Assembly: GCA_030698805.1 (NCBI GenBank)
Contig: JAUYMA010000003.1
Span: forward strand, 12,167-76,166
Length of the DNA stretch: 64,000 bases
Origin: Nanobdellota archaeon
GTDB taxonomy: Archaea > Nanobdellota > Nanobdellia > Pacearchaeales > GW2011-AR1
Direction: 5' to 3'
This document shows positions 9,753 to 18,262 of the stretch, piece after piece. Each line of letters begins with the position of its first letter. Position 1 is the stretch's first letter. The position numbers and the translations under genes are program-made. The notes below the pieces were generated by a model. That model searched no databases and had not been told where the DNA came from. It saw nothing but the letters and a program-made list of their open reading frames with translations.

Positions 9753-9929
9753 CTATAATTCTTCTAAGGATGTATAAAGGCTAGGATCTTCTTTCCTTGC
9801 TTTTGCTAACTGCTTTTTTGCCCAAGGAGTTAATTTGCCATCATTTAATAGGGCCCTTTTTATTATTTCCAAGTCCCTTTGTATTATCCGTATATCTTCT
9901 CTCAGAGTATTTTGATTAGTTTCTTCCAT
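9753..9929 (-). CDS. putative antitoxin partner of the RelE-like toxin
   Basis: Hand-translated 58-codon ORF, absent from the track (MEETNQNTLREDIRIIQRDLEIIKRALLNDGKLTPWAKKQLAKARKEDPSLYTSLEEL). Its stop lies 2 nt before the toxin ATG. Small helical protein in the classic upstream-antitoxin position. Confidence 0.5.
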   Translation of the reverse strand: MEETNQNTLREDIRIIQRDLEIIKRALLNDGKLTPWAKKQLAKARKEDPSLYTSLEEL

Positions 9930-9986
9930 GATATTATTATTGCTTGATAATTTAAATAATTATCGAAAGATGAATCTTAAGATGAA

Positions 9987-10114
9987 TGGGGCTGCCCGGA
10001 TTTGAACCGGGGACGCGAGTAATTCAGGAAGGCTCTCGAAATTCAAAATTATATTTTGTCTCAAGACTTCCTTCACCCTAAACTCGAAGGATAACCAGGC
10101 TTCCCCACAGCCCC
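9987..10114 (-). tRNA. tRNA-Pro with a 54-nt canonical (37/38) intron; apparent anticodon AGG
   Basis: Hand-folded cloverleaf. Acceptor GGGGCUG/CAGCCCC with A73, D arm GGGA-AGCCUGGUUA-UCCU, anticodon stem CGAGU/ACUCG, loop UUAGGG|intron|U, T arm CCCGG-UUCAAAU-CCGGG. Acceptor and D arm resemble archaeal tRNA-Pro. No encoded CCA. Confidence 0.85.
10022..10075 (-). other. tRNA intron with hBHBh' splicing motif
   Basis: Central 4-bp helix UUAG/CUGA flanked by 3-nt bulges GGU and AUU on opposite strands. The inner helix GAAGG/CCUUC and the anticodon stem act as flanking helices. Cleavage after the second bulge nucleotide gives a 37/38 junction. Confidence 0.75.
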
Positions 10115-10136
10115 TCCTTGATACAAACTAGATTTA

Positions 10137-10146
10137 ATTTTTAAAC
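10137..10146 (-). promoter_or_regulatory. TATA-like box for tRNA-Pro
   Basis: GTTTAAAAAT on the minus strand, 23-32 nt upstream of the tRNA 5' end. This is the usual archaeal TATA-to-start spacing. Confidence 0.5.
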
Positions 10147-10188
10147 TTTTTTACATAAGTTTATTTAATTGAAAATGTAGCTAGGATT

Positions 10189-10716
10189 ATGGCTGATGAT
10201 TATGATTTAATGAAAAAGATCCTGAGATTAAAAAGGAAAGGAAAGGCAATTGACCTTGGCTGTGGATATGGTGATGATGCTATATTTCTTGCAAAACACG
10301 GGCTAGAAGTAACCTGTGTGGACAACTCTGATTCGGCGATTTATGAAACAAAAAATTCAGCCGCCATTCATAACGTTTTTATCAGGATATTCAAGAAAGA
10401 TTTGAGAGATTTTTCTTTAGATGAAAAGTTTGATGTTGCATTATGCTCTGGAGTTATGCATTTTTTATCTAAAGATGAATGTTTTAGATTGATTGAATAT
10501 ATGAAAAAAATAGCAGGTTTAAATGGCCTAAATGTAATTGACGGTTTATTAATTAAAAATTATGTCAAGGAAAAAAATTTAGGTTACTTTAAGAAAAATG
10601 AACTACTAAAATCTTATAAGAACTGGGAAATTGTCGAATACAAAGAAATTTCTGATCCAAATTTAACGTCGAGACATACAAAATTTTTGTTAATTGCGAG
10701 AAAATCCGCTCGGTGA
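10189..10716 (+). CDS. class I SAM-dependent methyltransferase (TehB-like)
   Basis: Motif I AIDLGCGYGDDA, then VTCVDNS and FDVALCSGVMHFL. Confidence 0.7.
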   Translation: MADDYDLMKKILRLKRKGKAIDLGCGYGDDAIFLAKHGLEVTCVDNSDSAIYETKNSAAIHNVFIRIFKKDLRDFSLDEKFDVALCSGVMHFLSKDECFRLIEYMKKIAGLNGLNVIDGLLIKNYVKEKNLGYFKKNELLKSYKNWEIVEYKEISDPNLTSRHTKFLLIARKSAR

Positions 10717-10758
10717 AAAGATGAAAATACCCTCAATAATTAGGCAGGAAAAGAAAGA

Positions 10759-10766
10759 TTTAAATA
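10759..10766 (+). promoter_or_regulatory. TATA-like box upstream of the EF-1alpha gene
   Basis: TTTAAATA about 40 nt upstream of ATG 10802. The same TTTAAA(T/A)A element recurs upstream of many genes in this window. Confidence 0.45.
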
Positions 10767-10801
10767 CCCCTTAGTTTAGAAAATATTACATAATTATTAA
10801 A

Positions 10802-12082
10802 ATGGCTAAACAAAAAACAATATTGAATGCAGTTTTCGTTGGTCACGTTGACCATGGAAAATCGACAACTATCGGAAGATTGATGTTCGATGCTGGAAAA
10901 ATCTCTCCTGAAGAAATGGAGAAGTTAAAGGCAGAAGCCCAGAAGCACGGAAAAGCTGGATTTGAATTCGCATTCGTTATGGATAAATTCAAAGAAGAGA
11001 GAGAAAGAGGAGTTACAATTGACTTATCTTATCAAAAATTAATGACTAATAAATATGAAGTTACTATAATTGACGCCCCTGGTCACAAAGACTTCGTTAA
11101 AAATATGATCACTGGTGCTTCCCAAGCAGATGTAGCTTTCTTGACAATCTCTGCAAAAGACGGAGTTCAACCTCAAACTAAAGAACATGTATGGCTATTA
11201 AGAACAATGGGTGTAACTCAAATAGCAGTCAATATCAATAAAATGGACTCTGTTGATTACAAAGAAGATGTTTTCAATAAAACAAAGGAAGAAGTTTCTG
11301 CAGTTCTAAAGATGGCGGGATACAAGCCTGACACAATTACATTCCTAGCTATCTCTGGATTCAAGGGAGACAATGTTGCAAAGAAATCAACAAATATGCC
11401 TTGGTACAAAGGTCCAACTGTATTGGAGCAACTTGACTTATTCAATCCTCCTGAGAAACCTACTAATTTACCATTGAGAATGCCTTTGCAAGATGTTTAT
11501 GAAATTACTGGTATTGGAACAGTTCCAGTAGGAAAGATTGAAACAGGAGTTATGAAAGTAGCTCAGAAAATAGTAGTTCTTCCTGGAAGATCTGGAAAAG
11601 GAATTCAAGGAGAAGTTAGAAGCATTGAAATGCATCATGAACAATTACCTCAGGCTGAAGCAGGAGACAATGTAGGCATTAACTTGAGAGGTATTGGTAA
11701 AAAAGATGTTGCTCGTGGAGATGTAATCTGTGACGCAGCTAAACCAGCTACTATCGCTGAAGAATTCGTAGCCCAAGTAGCAGTCATTTCACACCCTACT
11801 GTTATTGCTAAAGGATATACTCCAGTATTTCACGTACACACTGCACAAGTTCCATGCCAATTCATTGAATTGATAGAAAAAACAAGTCCTGATGGGCAGA
11901 CTGCCAAGAATCCAGACTTCTTGAAGAATGGAGATGTTGCGAAAGTAAGAATCAAACCTATAGGAAATCTTGTATTAGAAACACAAGCAGCCAATCCTCA
12001 TATGGCTAGATTTGCTATCAGAGATGCTGGAGCAACAGTTGCAGCAGGCGTCTGCATTGAAATTAAGGCCAAGGTACTTTAA
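10802..12082 (+). CDS. tuf: translation elongation factor 1-alpha (aEF-1alpha)
   Basis: [14 protein letters not shown] and NKMD GTPase motifs. 426 aa, collinear with archaeal EF-1alpha. Confidence 0.97.
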   Translation: MAKQKTILNAVFVGHVDHGKSTTIGRLMFDAGKISPEEMEKLKAEAQKHGKAGFEFAFVMDKFKEERERGVTIDLSYQKLMTNKYEVTIIDAPGHKDFVKNMITGASQADVAFLTISAKDGVQPQTKEHVWLLRTMGVTQIAVNINKMDSVDYKEDVFNKTKEEVSAVLKMAGYKPDTITFLAISGFKGDNVAKKSTNMPWYKGPTVLEQLDLFNPPEKPTNLPLRMPLQDVYEITGIGTVPVGKIETGVMKVAQKIVVLPGRSGKGIQGEVRSIEMHHEQLPQAEAGDNVGINLRGIGKKDVARGDVICDAAKPATIAEEFVAQVAVISHPTVIAKGYTPVFHVHTAQVPCQFIELIEKTSPDGQTAKNPDFLKNGDVAKVRIKPIGNLVLETQAANPHMARFAIRDAGATVAAGVCIEIKAKVL

Positions 12083-12093
12083 TTTTATTTTTT
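12083..12093 (+). terminator. T-rich tract after the EF-1alpha gene
   Basis: TTTTATTTTTT immediately after the stop codon, between convergent genes. Archaeal terminators are oligo-T tracts. Confidence 0.4.
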
Positions 12094-12108
12094 AGATTAG
12101 TTTAGAGG

Positions 12109-12729
12109 TTATTTTCTCTTTATATCGTTTTTTATTATTTGTATAAGCTCGGGAAATTCCTGGACTTTAAAATGCCCATTTTTGCTTTCATAGATAATTA
12201 TTTTGGCATTTTTGAGCTTTCGTGCATATTTTTCTGCATGAGAAATAGGTACAACATTGTCATCTTCTGAAAATAATAAATATAGATTCTTAGAGCTTTC
12301 TTCCAGCATGCAAAGATCTGATTTAAGCTTAAATCCGCCTACCAAATCCTCCCCTGGAATAGTGTTATCAAAAGGCGCACAAATAATATAAATTGATAAA
12401 ATCTTCTTTGGGAATTTGTTCTCAGAAAGATATTTAGCGAGGAATATTCCACCTAGTGAAAAGCCTATTAAAATTGAATTGCTTTTAAAATAAGGAAAGT
12501 GCCTCTCAAAATGAATCTTCCACTCTTTGTACTTTGCATTCTCTTTCAAAGGCATAGCAAGTCTAATAATATCAATATCTCTACCTAGTTTATTATCTAA
12601 ATAGTCATCGGTCCATCTTATCTTTTTCTCAATAGAAATTCTTCTCTTTCTTAAAAATTTTAGATAATCTTTATTACTCTTGAAAGTTGTTCCACCGTGG
12701 ATTATAATAATTTGTAGTTTCTTATTCAT
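12109..12729 (-). CDS. alpha/beta-fold serine hydrolase (YdeN/RBBP9-like)
   Basis: IIIIHGG start, nucleophile elbow GFSLGG, late D (SEDDNVV) and H (KNGHF) candidates. Confidence 0.6.
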   Translation of the reverse strand: MNKKLQIIIIHGGTTFKSNKDYLKFLRKRRISIEKKIRWTDDYLDNKLGRDIDIIRLAMPLKENAKYKEWKIHFERHFPYFKSNSILIGFSLGGIFLAKYLSENKFPKKILSIYIICAPFDNTIPGEDLVGGFKLKSDLCMLEESSKNLYLLFSEDDNVVPISHAEKYARKLKNAKIIIYESKNGHFKVQEFPELIQIIKNDIKRK

Positions 12730-12744
12730 CTGAATATAAATTTT

Positions 12745-14550
12745 TTATTGTATCTTTACGTTGTCAACTCCAGGAGGAGTTACTGGTCCTAATTTGGCTG
12801 AAGGAGAGTTTGCAGGATCATATCCTTTTTTATTTGATTTTATTAGGTAAAGGATCAACATTGTTATTGCTACTAAGATTATCAGAATTACCAGTCCGAT
12901 AATAATATGGGGGAGGATGCTCTTACCAGATTTACTTGATTTGGAAGCACATACTTGAAGTTCGGAGGGTTTTCCATCTGGAATGCCGCAACTATTTGAA
13001 TCAGTGCATAACCTTGTTTGATTCCCATTCTTTCCACATGAAGACCAATTACCACAAATCCAATTAGGAGAACATGGGGCGACGCAGGCCTGCAACTCCA
13101 AAGGCTCAACAGTTAAATTGTTGCAATTGTTGGCATCTACGCAAGTTCTTATTTGATTCCCATTCATACACAGACTCCATTCAGTGCAATTCCAGCTTGC
13201 GATGCAAGATAATTCAGAGGCGCTTTGCGATGCCTCTTTGACAGCAGAATGGGCCAAACCTGAGATTGAGAATCTAGAACCTGATATTGCACAATTATAA
13301 GTTGAGTTGCTGCCGGGGCAAGGAACAATTAATTCAGAAGCAGCATCACACAATGGAGATATTTCTGAAATGGAAGAAATTGTGGCATCTTTTATGCAGA
13401 CTGCATTTGAAGCCGCATCAATTTTATCGAGGTAGGCTGTTTTAGAAACGTCTAATCCTGAGATGATGAGATAACTAAAGAGAGAGGTTGAATTCTGTTT
13501 CTCTATCTTTATTTCCGAGAAATTTAAGCCCAGGGAGAAATTATAAGTTAGGCTAATCAAGGTTGTGGAATTCTCCTTAAACTCTAAAGGCAAATTCTCT
13601 CTGTAAATTTGAGTATCATTTAATGGAATATTGTTTACGTAGATAGATAAATTGCCCAGGTTAACTTTGGTAACTGAATCCTGATTTCCATGTAGCAAAT
13701 CTGAAGAGGCAGCACAGGAAAGAGTGAGATTTTCAGGAGCCACATAATTATTTGCAGGGAAGAAAGCCTTGCAGTTGTTACTATCATTAAACCATGCTGT
13801 TAAGTTATTGGTGGTCTCGTTACAAGTCATATTTGTCTGTGTCCAAATCGGACTGCAGCTAGAAATAGTGGAATTCTGATAACCAAACATTACTAGCGAG
13901 TGATTTGCAGCAACACTTACCATGGATCCTTCTTGCAGATCAATAGTAGAAGACTTGTAGACAGTCATATTATCATAGAAGTTGTAATATGTCTGCCCAT
14001 CTTGCTGTTTAGCCTCATAAGAAGGGACGGTTATCTTGAATACTGATCTAAATTCAGTATCAGCTCCAAAGGAAGAAGTTATAGTAGTTATATTTTCATA
14101 AGGCGCTAATGCCACTGACAATAATATCCAAATACCTGGAATACTTTCATTTGACAGCATACTTGAGAAATTCGTAGCAAGGTCGCTAGAGATATTTCCC
14201 TTGAACGCATAAATCTGGGAAGAGTTGAAAGAAATATTTATTCCACTTATTGGCAACGAGTATCCGGCCAAAATAAAGAATTGATTACTTTTGTTCTTAA
14301 AAGCTCTGAATTCTGAACAGTTATTTGATTCATTAACAATTATCCTAAGATTTGTCGACGGCTCTTGGAAAAGCGCATTCCATTTAGCGATAATATTTTG
14401 ATTTGTGCAATTAAGAGAAGATGGATGGGAATAAATCGCATTTCCAGTAAGATTAATACCTCCTAGCTTAGAATCTCTAGTAAAGAAATAAATCAAAGAG
14501 GCACATATTAGAATAAGCAAAATTAATACTAACACCTTCCCTTTTTTCAT
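12745..14550 (-). CDS. membrane-anchored surface glycoprotein with Cys/Trp-rich repeats
   Basis: N-terminal signal or anchor (VLVLILLILICASLIYFF) and very many N-x-S/T sequons. Two tandem roughly 40-aa Cys/Trp repeats, then a C-terminal TM (IIIGLVILIILVAITMLILYLI) and a short cytoplasmic tail. Confidence 0.6.
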   Translation of the reverse strand: MKKGKVLVLILLILICASLIYFFTRDSKLGGINLTGNAIYSHPSSLNCTNQNIIAKWNALFQEPSTNLRIIVNESNNCSEFRAFKNKSNQFFILAGYSLPISGINISFNSSQIYAFKGNISSDLATNFSSMLSNESIPGIWILLSVALAPYENITTITSSFGADTEFRSVFKITVPSYEAKQQDGQTYYNFYDNMTVYKSSTIDLQEGSMVSVAANHSLVMFGYQNSTISSCSPIWTQTNMTCNETTNNLTAWFNDSNNCKAFFPANNYVAPENLTLSCAASSDLLHGNQDSVTKVNLGNLSIYVNNIPLNDTQIYRENLPLEFKENSTTLISLTYNFSLGLNFSEIKIEKQNSTSLFSYLIISGLDVSKTAYLDKIDAASNAVCIKDATISSISEISPLCDAASELIVPCPGSNSTYNCAISGSRFSISGLAHSAVKEASQSASELSCIASWNCTEWSLCMNGNQIRTCVDANNCNNLTVEPLELQACVAPCSPNWICGNWSSCGKNGNQTRLCTDSNSCGIPDGKPSELQVCASKSSKSGKSILPHIIIGLVILIILVAITMLILYLIKSNKKGYDPANSPSAKLGPVTPPGVDNVKIQ

Positions 14551-14651
14551 TTCAAAGTGAACTCGGAGACAAATATAAAGGTTTCTTTTTTATCTCTGAT
14601 ATCTTTTTGATCATAGTAATGCTTATAAATAAAGACAGATGATAAAATTAG

Positions 14652-15329
14652 ATGATAAATAGAGAGAGTGTGACAAGAAGAGAGATGGAAGCCAAATTAG
14701 CCAATTCTGGTGACTATGTCAAGATGGATTATCTTCAGAGATGCTTAAAAATGCAATTGGATTTTGATACAAAAAAATATGCACTTGTTAAACTAGCCGG
14801 AATATATGAAGGGAGGAAGATGTTTTTAGAAGCCGGGAGAATGATGAGAAATGCTGCTGACATAAATGCCACAGTTGATTCTAAATTCAATGATTTTGTT
14901 AGAGCTCTTGAATTTTTTGTTAAGGCTGGAAACTTTGAAGAAGCTGAGATTACCTATAAGAAAGCCTTGGCTATAGCAAATTCAAAGCAAAAGGTAGGGC
15001 TAAAGATCAAAACAAAAGATATGTACAAAACCCAGGCTCAAGGATTCCTTAACCGGGATAAAAGAAAGCATGCTTTGGAGATTTATGAGAAAATGCTGGA
15101 TCTTGACCTCGATTCTATGGAAAGAAAAGAAATTCAAAATGCTATGATGCCTTTGTATCAGAAATTGGGCAAGATAAGAGAATATGCTGATATGGAGAGA
15201 ACCCTGAAGAATCCTGCTCAGACCCTGCCTAAAAAAGAAAACAAAGCAGAGAGGCAAGAAGAAAGACCATTATCAAAGGGCTCTGGAAACGCTCGATTTG
15301 ATGAAGATCTTGGAATAGAATTCTATTAA
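14652..15329 (+). CDS. hypothetical helical (TPR-like?) protein
   Basis: 225-codon ORF with helix-repeat-like composition (ALVKLAGIYEGRKMFLEAGRMM..., ALEFFVKAGNFEEAEITYKKALAI). No firm motif. Confidence 0.4.
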   Translation: MINRESVTRREMEAKLANSGDYVKMDYLQRCLKMQLDFDTKKYALVKLAGIYEGRKMFLEAGRMMRNAADINATVDSKFNDFVRALEFFVKAGNFEEAEITYKKALAIANSKQKVGLKIKTKDMYKTQAQGFLNRDKRKHALEIYEKMLDLDLDSMERKEIQNAMMPLYQKLGKIREYADMERTLKNPAQTLPKKENKAERQEERPLSKGSGNARFDEDLGIEFY

Positions 15330-15382
15330 AATTTCCCAATCTTTCATTAAAGGATACTTCTGTCTGAACTTAAAAAAATAAA

Positions 15383-15397
15383 GCCTTTAGAAAAGGC
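15383..15397. terminator. short hairpin flanked by A/T runs
   Basis: GCCTTT-aga-AAAGGC (6-bp stem) with A-runs on both sides, downstream of the 14652-15329 gene. Confidence 0.3.
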
Positions 15398-15706
15398 AAA
15401 AAAATAAGATTGATTTATTCATTCATCGATTCTAGGCCATCCAGAATCGCATCGTCAAACTCTTCTACTTCTTCTATGACGTCTTCCTCTTTTATGTTTA
15501 CCCCTTTTGGCGCCATCTTTATTTCTGTATCATGAAGCTATATAAATCTTTTTGCAAAAAATCGTGCTGGAAAGGAGAGCCTGCATAAGAGAAATCTTTA
15601 AATAAAAAAGATAACTAGTTTTTTTCCGCCAGAAGTAAAGAATACGGCTAAAATTTATTCTATGGGCTAATGTAAAATTTAAAAAGGATATTTCTTATCA
15701 TTAAAC

Positions 15707-15868
15707 ATGGCAGTTCCAAGCCGAAGGCACAGATCAGGATTGGTAGACATTAAAAACAAAGCTATCGAACAGAAAAAAAATGCTTTCAAAGAAGAGAAGA
15801 GCGAAATAACTTCTGAGGAGCATGAGGCTAGATTGAAGGTTTTGAGGGATCTAGGATTAATTAAATGA
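15707..15868 (+). CDS. small basic hypothetical protein (53 aa)
   Basis: Hand-translated ORF absent from the track (MAVPSRRHRSGLVDIKNKAIEQKKNAFKEEKSEITSEEHEARLKVLRDLGLIK). TTTAAAAA lies about 30 nt upstream. No family recognised. Confidence 0.3.
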   Translation: MAVPSRRHRSGLVDIKNKAIEQKKNAFKEEKSEITSEEHEARLKVLRDLGLIK

Positions 15869-15953
15869 TATGCTTAAGCATCTTCTAAGAAACTTTTTGC
15901 AAGGCTAGAGACTTGCAAAGATTTAAATAGAGAAACCTGCTCTTTAGATAATA

Positions 15954-16020
15954 GAAAGAAGTATTTCGCAATACTATCATATTCACGTCCGTGTTGGACA
16001 TAATTTCGTTACTTTCTTTC
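15954..16020 (+). ncRNA. candidate structured RNA or 5' leader upstream of dnaG
   Basis: 10-bp terminal stem GAAAGAAGTA / TACTT(T)CTTTC with one bulged T, enclosing an inner hairpin GTCC-gtgtt-GGAC. ATTTAAATA at 15921-15929 sits about 25 nt before the stem base. No class assigned. Confidence 0.25.
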
Positions 16021-16107
16021 TAGACTGAGAAAATCTTTGGTTTTCAAGGTGCTCAAGAACTATGTTCTTGACAAGCCGAAAGGCAATTATTAGGAGTATA
16101 AAACAGA

Positions 16108-17280
16108 ATGGCAAAAGTAAGCCCAGTATCAATTAAGTATATGATCTATGCTTCATTCAAAGCAGAAGGTCCATTAGAAAAACCAGATGTAATCGGAGCC
16201 ATATTTGGGCAGACTGAGGGACTTCTTGGTGCTGAATTAGAGATGAGGGAATTGCAAAAAGAAGGTAAAATAGGCAGAATTGAAGTTAATTTAGAAATGA
16301 TTGATGGAAAGAGCATTGGAGAAATTCTAGTGCCTACTGCTTTAGATAAATCTGAGACCACTATAATTGCTGCCGCTCTTGAAACTATTGACCGAATTGG
16401 ACCAACTGAAGCTGGAATCCAAATAACCAAGATAGAAGATGTACGAGGTGGGAAGAGAGATTATATTATAGAAAGAGCAAAAAAGCTTTTAGCCGGCCTC
16501 GATAGCGAAGGTGGAGAGATTGAAGAGATGAGCCGAGTTCTAAAAGAAGAGTCTAGAGCAGCCAGGATACAGGAATATGGAGATGAAAAATTACCTGCTG
16601 GAGAAATCTCTGGAAGTGAAATTATAGTTGTTGAGGGAAGAGCAGATGTTGTCAATCTTTTGAAAAATAGAGTAAACAATGTTATAGGGATGAATGGAAC
16701 CAAACTGCCTTATACTATTGCCAAATTAGGAGAATCTAAGGAAATAACCTTGTTTGTTGATGGCGATAGAGGTGGAAAATTAATCGCCAAGAATGTTATC
16801 GATAATGCTAGAATCGGCTATGTTGCAGTTGCTCCTGATGGAAAAGAAGTGGAAGAATTACAAGGCAAGGAAATATTGATGGCTTTAAGAAAAAGAGTTC
16901 CTGTTGGAGAATTTATCAGAAGATTGAGATATGGGGGAGATTCTTTTGAAGAGCCTTCTGCTCCTTCTGTATCGTCTGCGCCTGTATCAAATGTGAATCC
17001 TGAAAAAGCTAAAGAAATGGTGAAATCTGCTTATGAAAAGATAAGAGGCACCAAGATGGCTGCCATCTTGGATGAAACTGGGGATGTGATAAGAAGAGTC
17101 TCTTCCAGGGAAGTTGTGAGAAGTGTTAAAGACGCGCGAAAGAGAGTATTTGCAATTGTGATTGACGGCACTGCCACTTCTACAATTATTGCTGTTTGTG
17201 ATGAATCTGGAATTCCTTACCTTGGAGCTACAAACTTCTCTGCAGTAGACAATGCTAGAGTAAAACTAATTAGTTTGTAA
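16108..17280 (+). CDS. dnaG: archaeal DnaG (Toprim-domain primase-like, exosome-associated)
   Basis: Archaeal DnaG N-terminus IKYMIYASFKAEGPLEKPDVIGAIFGQTEGLLG and Toprim core IIVVEGRADVVNLL ... TLFVDGDRGGKLIAK. Confidence 0.9.
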   Translation: MAKVSPVSIKYMIYASFKAEGPLEKPDVIGAIFGQTEGLLGAELEMRELQKEGKIGRIEVNLEMIDGKSIGEILVPTALDKSETTIIAAALETIDRIGPTEAGIQITKIEDVRGGKRDYIIERAKKLLAGLDSEGGEIEEMSRVLKEESRAARIQEYGDEKLPAGEISGSEIIVVEGRADVVNLLKNRVNNVIGMNGTKLPYTIAKLGESKEITLFVDGDRGGKLIAKNVIDNARIGYVAVAPDGKEVEELQGKEILMALRKRVPVGEFIRRLRYGGDSFEEPSAPSVSSAPVSNVNPEKAKEMVKSAYEKIRGTKMAAILDETGDVIRRVSSREVVRSVKDARKRVFAIVIDGTATSTIIAVCDESGIPYLGATNFSAVDNARVKLISL

Positions 17281-17341
17281 AGAAAATTCTAATATATTCT
17301 AAAACCAATAATTCTATTAATGCTTTTTTTATGCTAATTTT

Positions 17342-18025
17342 ATGAATTTAGACTTAGGATTGCTGACTAAAAAATCATTTCAGGCATTGAGCGCAAGAGT
17401 AAATTCTATACAACCTAACGCACGTTTAACAATTGATAAGCGTTTTGAATTTACCCCTGATAAAGGTTATTCTGCTAAAGCTTCAACAAATGTTGAAGAA
17501 TCTGGAGGCAGGCCTCTGGGATCTGGAACAGCAACACTAATTATGTTTAGACAAGGAGATGGCACGGGAAATGCCCAAGATTATCAAATTGAAGGCTTAG
17601 AAGCTAAACATACTCCAAGAAATAAAGAAGGTGCAGCAGAACTATACATTTCTATTGGCACTTTTTTTAATGGATCCTGGATTCCAGGAATTACCTGTCT
17701 TTCCTGTTATGGCCTAGACGCAAGAGGCCAGATATTAGGGTATAAAGGACTAGGAAGTTCTGCAACAGGTTTTGAAGCAAATCTTGCGGCGTTTAAAGAA
17801 AGAAAAAGTCCTTTCCCCATTTTTCATTACGACTTTACATTCGATAGAAATCCTACTTATCACGAGCCAAACCCCATTGTTCCTTATGGGAATCCTCATG
17901 CAATTTTATGGCCCCATTCCTTGCAAATAGAACATACTGGAGAATTCTTTCAAATAGGGGCATTTTTGCCTTTTCCCGAAGAGACAGAAAGCCTTGTCAG
18001 GATAAGAGAGCTAGTCAAGAGTTAA
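17342..18025 (+). CDS. hypothetical protein
   Basis: 227-codon ORF; no motif recognised. Confidence 0.4.
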   Translation: MNLDLGLLTKKSFQALSARVNSIQPNARLTIDKRFEFTPDKGYSAKASTNVEESGGRPLGSGTATLIMFRQGDGTGNAQDYQIEGLEAKHTPRNKEGAAELYISIGTFFNGSWIPGITCLSCYGLDARGQILGYKGLGSSATGFEANLAAFKERKSPFPIFHYDFTFDRNPTYHEPNPIVPYGNPHAILWPHSLQIEHTGEFFQIGAFLPFPEETESLVRIRELVKS

Positions 18026-18038
18026 CTGCAATATTAGT

Positions 18039-18079
18039 GTAACTATAAAGTAATTACAAATAGTAAGTTTTATATATGC
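18039..18079 (+). promoter_or_regulatory. conserved 41-nt promoter element (copy A) with TATA box
   Basis: gtaactataaagtaattacaaatagtaagttttatatatgc. It matches 36083-36123 at 38 of 41 positions (my count). TTTATATAT lies 21-29 nt upstream of ATG 18098. Confidence 0.6.
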
Positions 18080-18097
18080 AGAAAGTATGTATAAAAT

Positions 18098-18262
18098 ATG
18101 CAGAATTCAAGCATAAGAAGGCAAATTGTCATTACAAAGAAAATTGCCAAGCATGGCAAGCAATCAGTAGTTGTTATTCCCAGGGCTGTGGAAAGTCAAT
18201 TGAAACCTGGCACCTTAGCTAAATTTACCATTGATGTATTGGAGGAATCAAAAAATGATTAA
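18098..18262 (+). CDS. small AbrB/SpoVT/MazE-like protein (module copy 1)
   Basis: Hand-translated 54-aa ORF absent from the track (MQNSSIRRQIVITKKIAKHGKQSVVVIPRAVESQLKPGTLAKFTIDVLEESKND). It has a swapped-hairpin-like pattern (K..S..V.IP......L.PG). Paralogues lie at 35880-36047 and 36154-36312. Confidence 0.6.
   Translation: MQNSSIRRQIVITKKIAKHGKQSVVVIPRAVESQLKPGTLAKFTIDVLEESKND

Noticed and set aside
9987-10114. Alternative reading of the intron-containing tRNA as tRNA-Phe (GAA), using the CUGAAUU segment next to the 3' anticodon-stem strand
   Set aside because: It would need non-canonical splice sites that do not fall in the bulges of the clear BHB motif. It would also put U at position 37, and the acceptor, D arm and G37 fit tRNA-Pro.
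14636-14661. Direct repeat agatgataaa-att-agatgataaa at the start of the 14652 gene
   Set aside because: A short AT-rich duplication that includes the start codon region. No further copies or structure were seen, so it is likely trivial.
15415-15516. 33-codon acidic minus-strand ORF (MAPKGVNIKEEDVIEEVEEFDDAILDGLESMNE)
   Set aside because: Very short with no recognisable family, so it cannot be told apart from chance. Left unannotated.
15870-16107. C/D-box or H/ACA small RNA in the dnaG upstream region
   Set aside because: There is a CUGA at 16025-16028, but no RUGAUGA C box, no second box pair, and no ACA box after the stem.
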